From Desulfobacterales bacterium (lineage in GTDB: Bacteria > Desulfobacterota > Desulfobacteria > Desulfobacterales > UBA5616): DNA of 62,649 nt. This document shows positions 60,548-62,649 of this stretch, in pieces (positions within the stretch are counted from its first letter, which is position 1; each line of letters starts with the position of its first letter). The stretch covers positions 1 to 62,649 of the forward strand of contig JAWODC010000048.1 of NCBI GenBank assembly GCA_046483495.1, given 5' to 3'. The notes beneath the pieces are model-generated. The model made no database searches. It had not been told where the DNA came from and saw only the letters and a program-made list of their open reading frames with translations. The position numbers and the translations under genes were made by a program.

Positions 60548-61528
60548 ATGAAAGACCTTTACGAGGAGCTCGCTGCACGTATTAATGCCAAAGGATCGAG
60601 CTGCATCCCCCGCCTTTTCGAATTGATTGCTGATGAAGAGGAGGCCCGGCTGATGCTGGCGATGCCTGCTGCCGTACCGGAGTTATCCCAAAAAACAGGT
60701 ATTCCGGAGGCGCGCATCGAGGACATGCTGAAGGTGCTCTTTCAAAAAGGGTTGGTATTCTATTCCAAAAAGACCGATCCGCCTACCTGGCGGATGTGCC
60801 GGAGCGTGGGACAGTTTCATGATGCCTCCATTCTCTGGCCAGGCGCATCCGAGGAATTTTTGAAAACATGGTCCGATTTCTGCGATACCGAATGGATCGA
60901 TGCGTCCGAAGCCATGGCAAAGGCTCATCCCGGGGTCCATATGCGGGTTATCCCCATTGACACGGCCGTGGAATCCGGTCAACAGGTGCTTCCGTTCGAA
61001 GATGCGAGCGCAATCATCGAAAGAGCCCGGCGGGTGGCCGTGGTACCCTGTCCGTGCCGGGTTTCCGCAAACAAGTGCGACAAACCCCGGGACGTTTGCA
61101 TTCAGCTGAACCGCGGCGCCGATTACGCCATTGAAAGGGGAACCGGCCGGGAAATCACGACACAGGAGGCGGTAAACATTTTGCACGAAGCAGAGAACGC
61201 GGGGCTGGTCCACATGACGATGAACTCGAAAAGTGCGGAACATGTCATTTGCAATTGCTGCAAGTGCTGCTGCATCATGATACCGGTACTGGTTCAGCGG
61301 GGTGTAGGCATGCTCGGCCCCAGCCGCTACCTTGCAGTGGTGGATGCGGATGTCTGCACCGCATGCGGCACCTGTGAAGAAATATGCCCGTTTGAAGCGG
61401 TCGTAGTAGAAGACACCGCCGTCATAAAAACGGAGAAGTGCTTCGGCTGCGGCGTTTGTGCGGGGGCCTGTCCATCGGGAGCGATAACGCTTTCTTCCAT
61501 CCGCGAACCCGATACCATACCGGACTGA
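60548..61528 (+). CDS. Cys-rich 4Fe-4S protein (third paralog)
   Basis: CPCR...CDKPRDVC, ICNCCKCCC, CTACGTCEEICP, CFGCGVCAGACP. Confidence 0.85.
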   Translation: MKDLYEELAARINAKGSSCIPRLFELIADEEEARLMLAMPAAVPELSQKTGIPEARIEDMLKVLFQKGLVFYSKKTDPPTWRMCRSVGQFHDASILWPGASEEFLKTWSDFCDTEWIDASEAMAKAHPGVHMRVIPIDTAVESGQQVLPFEDASAIIERARRVAVVPCPCRVSANKCDKPRDVCIQLNRGADYAIERGTGREITTQEAVNILHEAENAGLVHMTMNSKSAEHVICNCCKCCCIMIPVLVQRGVGMLGPSRYLAVVDADVCTACGTCEEICPFEAVVVEDTAVIKTEKCFGCGVCAGACPSGAITLSSIREPDTIPD

Positions 61529-61559
61529 AACCGTTTATCCGGATGTTCATTCGAATACG

Positions 61560-61585
61560 CATGTCCGGGTAGGCGTCCGGACATG
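61560..61585. terminator. Hairpin between convergent genes
   Basis: CATGTCCGG-N8-CCGGACATG. Confidence 0.45.
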
Positions 61586-61640
61586 TGTATCGTATCGTAA
61601 TGCCGGTGTGGATGCCGGTGCTGTCGTGTCTCGTGACATT

Positions 61641-62649
61641 TCATCCGTTGTTCAGCTTACCCAGCGCATCGGCAAACGGGTTATGAAACGGCTGTCCGTT
61701 TTCTTTCTTGCGCTTCGGGAAAGGTTTTTTCTTTCGGTGGTTCATTGACGGGGCGGCGTCCGCCTTCGGTGCATCCGGTTGGGACTTCATTGAAAGGGCA
61801 ATGCGGTTTCGGTCGAGATCAACATCGAGAACGGAAACCATGACCTTCTGATTGACTTTTACAATATCGGCGGGATCCTTTACGAAAGAATCAGCCAACT
61901 GGCTGATATGCACCAATCCGTCTTGATGGACGCCGATATCCACAAAAGCACCGAATCGCGTAACGTTGGTGACGATGCCGGGGAGGCGCATTCCGCAGAC
62001 CAGATCCGAAATGTCTTTGACGCCCCGGTCGAATTCGAACACCTCGAATTTCTTTCGGGGATCCCGGCCCGGTTTGGTAAGCTCCTCGATGATGTCATTC
62101 AATGTGGGCAGCCCCACTACTTCAGAGACATATCCGGATATGTCGATCTTTTTCCTCAGCTCGGCCTGTTTCATCAAATCCGAAACCGTACAGTCCAGAT
62201 CCTTCGCCATGGTGTGCACGACATGATAAGATTCCGGATGCACCGCGCTGTTGTCCAGGGGATCGTCCCCATCCTGGATTCGCAGAAATCCGGCGCACTG
62301 CTCGAATGCCTTCGGGCCCAACCGGGGCACTTTCGTGAGATCTTCACGGGTCTTGAACGGGCCGTTTTCATCACGGTGTGACACGATATTCTTCGCAAGT
62401 TGGGGCCCGAGTCCGGAAACATAGGTCAGCAGCTGTATGCTGGCACGATTGACATCCACACCCACCGCGTTGACGCAGCTGATCACCACATCGTCCACGG
62501 ATTGCTTGAGCGCCGTCTGGTCGACATCATGCTGATACTGACCGACACCGATGGATTTGGGATCGATCTTTACAAGCTCGGCGAGAGGATCCATTAACCT
62601 TCTGCCGATGGATACGGCCCCTCTCACCGTCAGATCCAAATCGGGAAAC
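61641..62649 (-). CDS. tex: Tex-family transcription accessory protein (3' part; truncated by the window end)
   Basis: DPLAELVKIDPKSIGVGQYQHDV, HhH repeats, S1 domain FGAFVDIGVHQDGLVHIS. Confidence 0.95.
   Translation of the reverse strand, partial: FPDLDLTVRGAVSIGRRLMDPLAELVKIDPKSIGVGQYQHDVDQTALKQSVDDVVISCVNAVGVDVNRASIQLLTYVSGLGPQLAKNIVSHRDENGPFKTREDLTKVPRLGPKAFEQCAGFLRIQDGDDPLDNSAVHPESYHVVHTMAKDLDCTVSDLMKQAELRKKIDISGYVSEVVGLPTLNDIIEELTKPGRDPRKKFEVFEFDRGVKDISDLVCGMRLPGIVTNVTRFGAFVDIGVHQDGLVHISQLADSFVKDPADIVKVNQKVMVSVLDVDLDRNRIALSMKSQPDAPKADAAPSMNHRKKKPFPKRKKENGQPFHNPFADALGKLNNG

Overview
The window looks like two unrelated DNA segments joined near nt 6003. Nt 1-~6000 is visibly more GC-rich and Chloroflexota/Anaerolineae-like. 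It holds a HEPN toxin remnant interrupted by a ~159-bp MITE, a DsbA-cyclophilin fusion lipoprotein, radC, a duplicated C39-peptidase/glycosidase-like protein and a 5'-truncated gene. Nt ~6000-62649 resembles an anaerobic Desulfobacterota genome and is dense in CoA-dependent catabolic genes. The most unusual unit is a minus-strand operon (15872->7407): a split B12 acyl-CoA mutase with a remodelled active site, then a divergent NadC-like protein, an Fe-S protein, a LarA-like protein, a Moco/CinA-type domain protein, MoaD and a tungsten-type AOR. Other notable parts are: a sigma54-driven hyp-gdhA unit followed by a PPDK_N-type protein and a two-component system; a SnoaL/thiolase/CoA-ligase/DUF2148-pair/ACAD cluster; an unclassified glycyl-radical enzyme operon; three inactive+active family III CoA-transferase pairs, one fused; three paralogous Cys-rich Fe-S proteins; and an ECF sigma/anti-sigma pair whose promoter motif recurs upstream of a VIT-vWA gene. 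No rRNA, tRNA or CRISPR array was recognised. All assignments come from motif recognition by eye; no database search was run.
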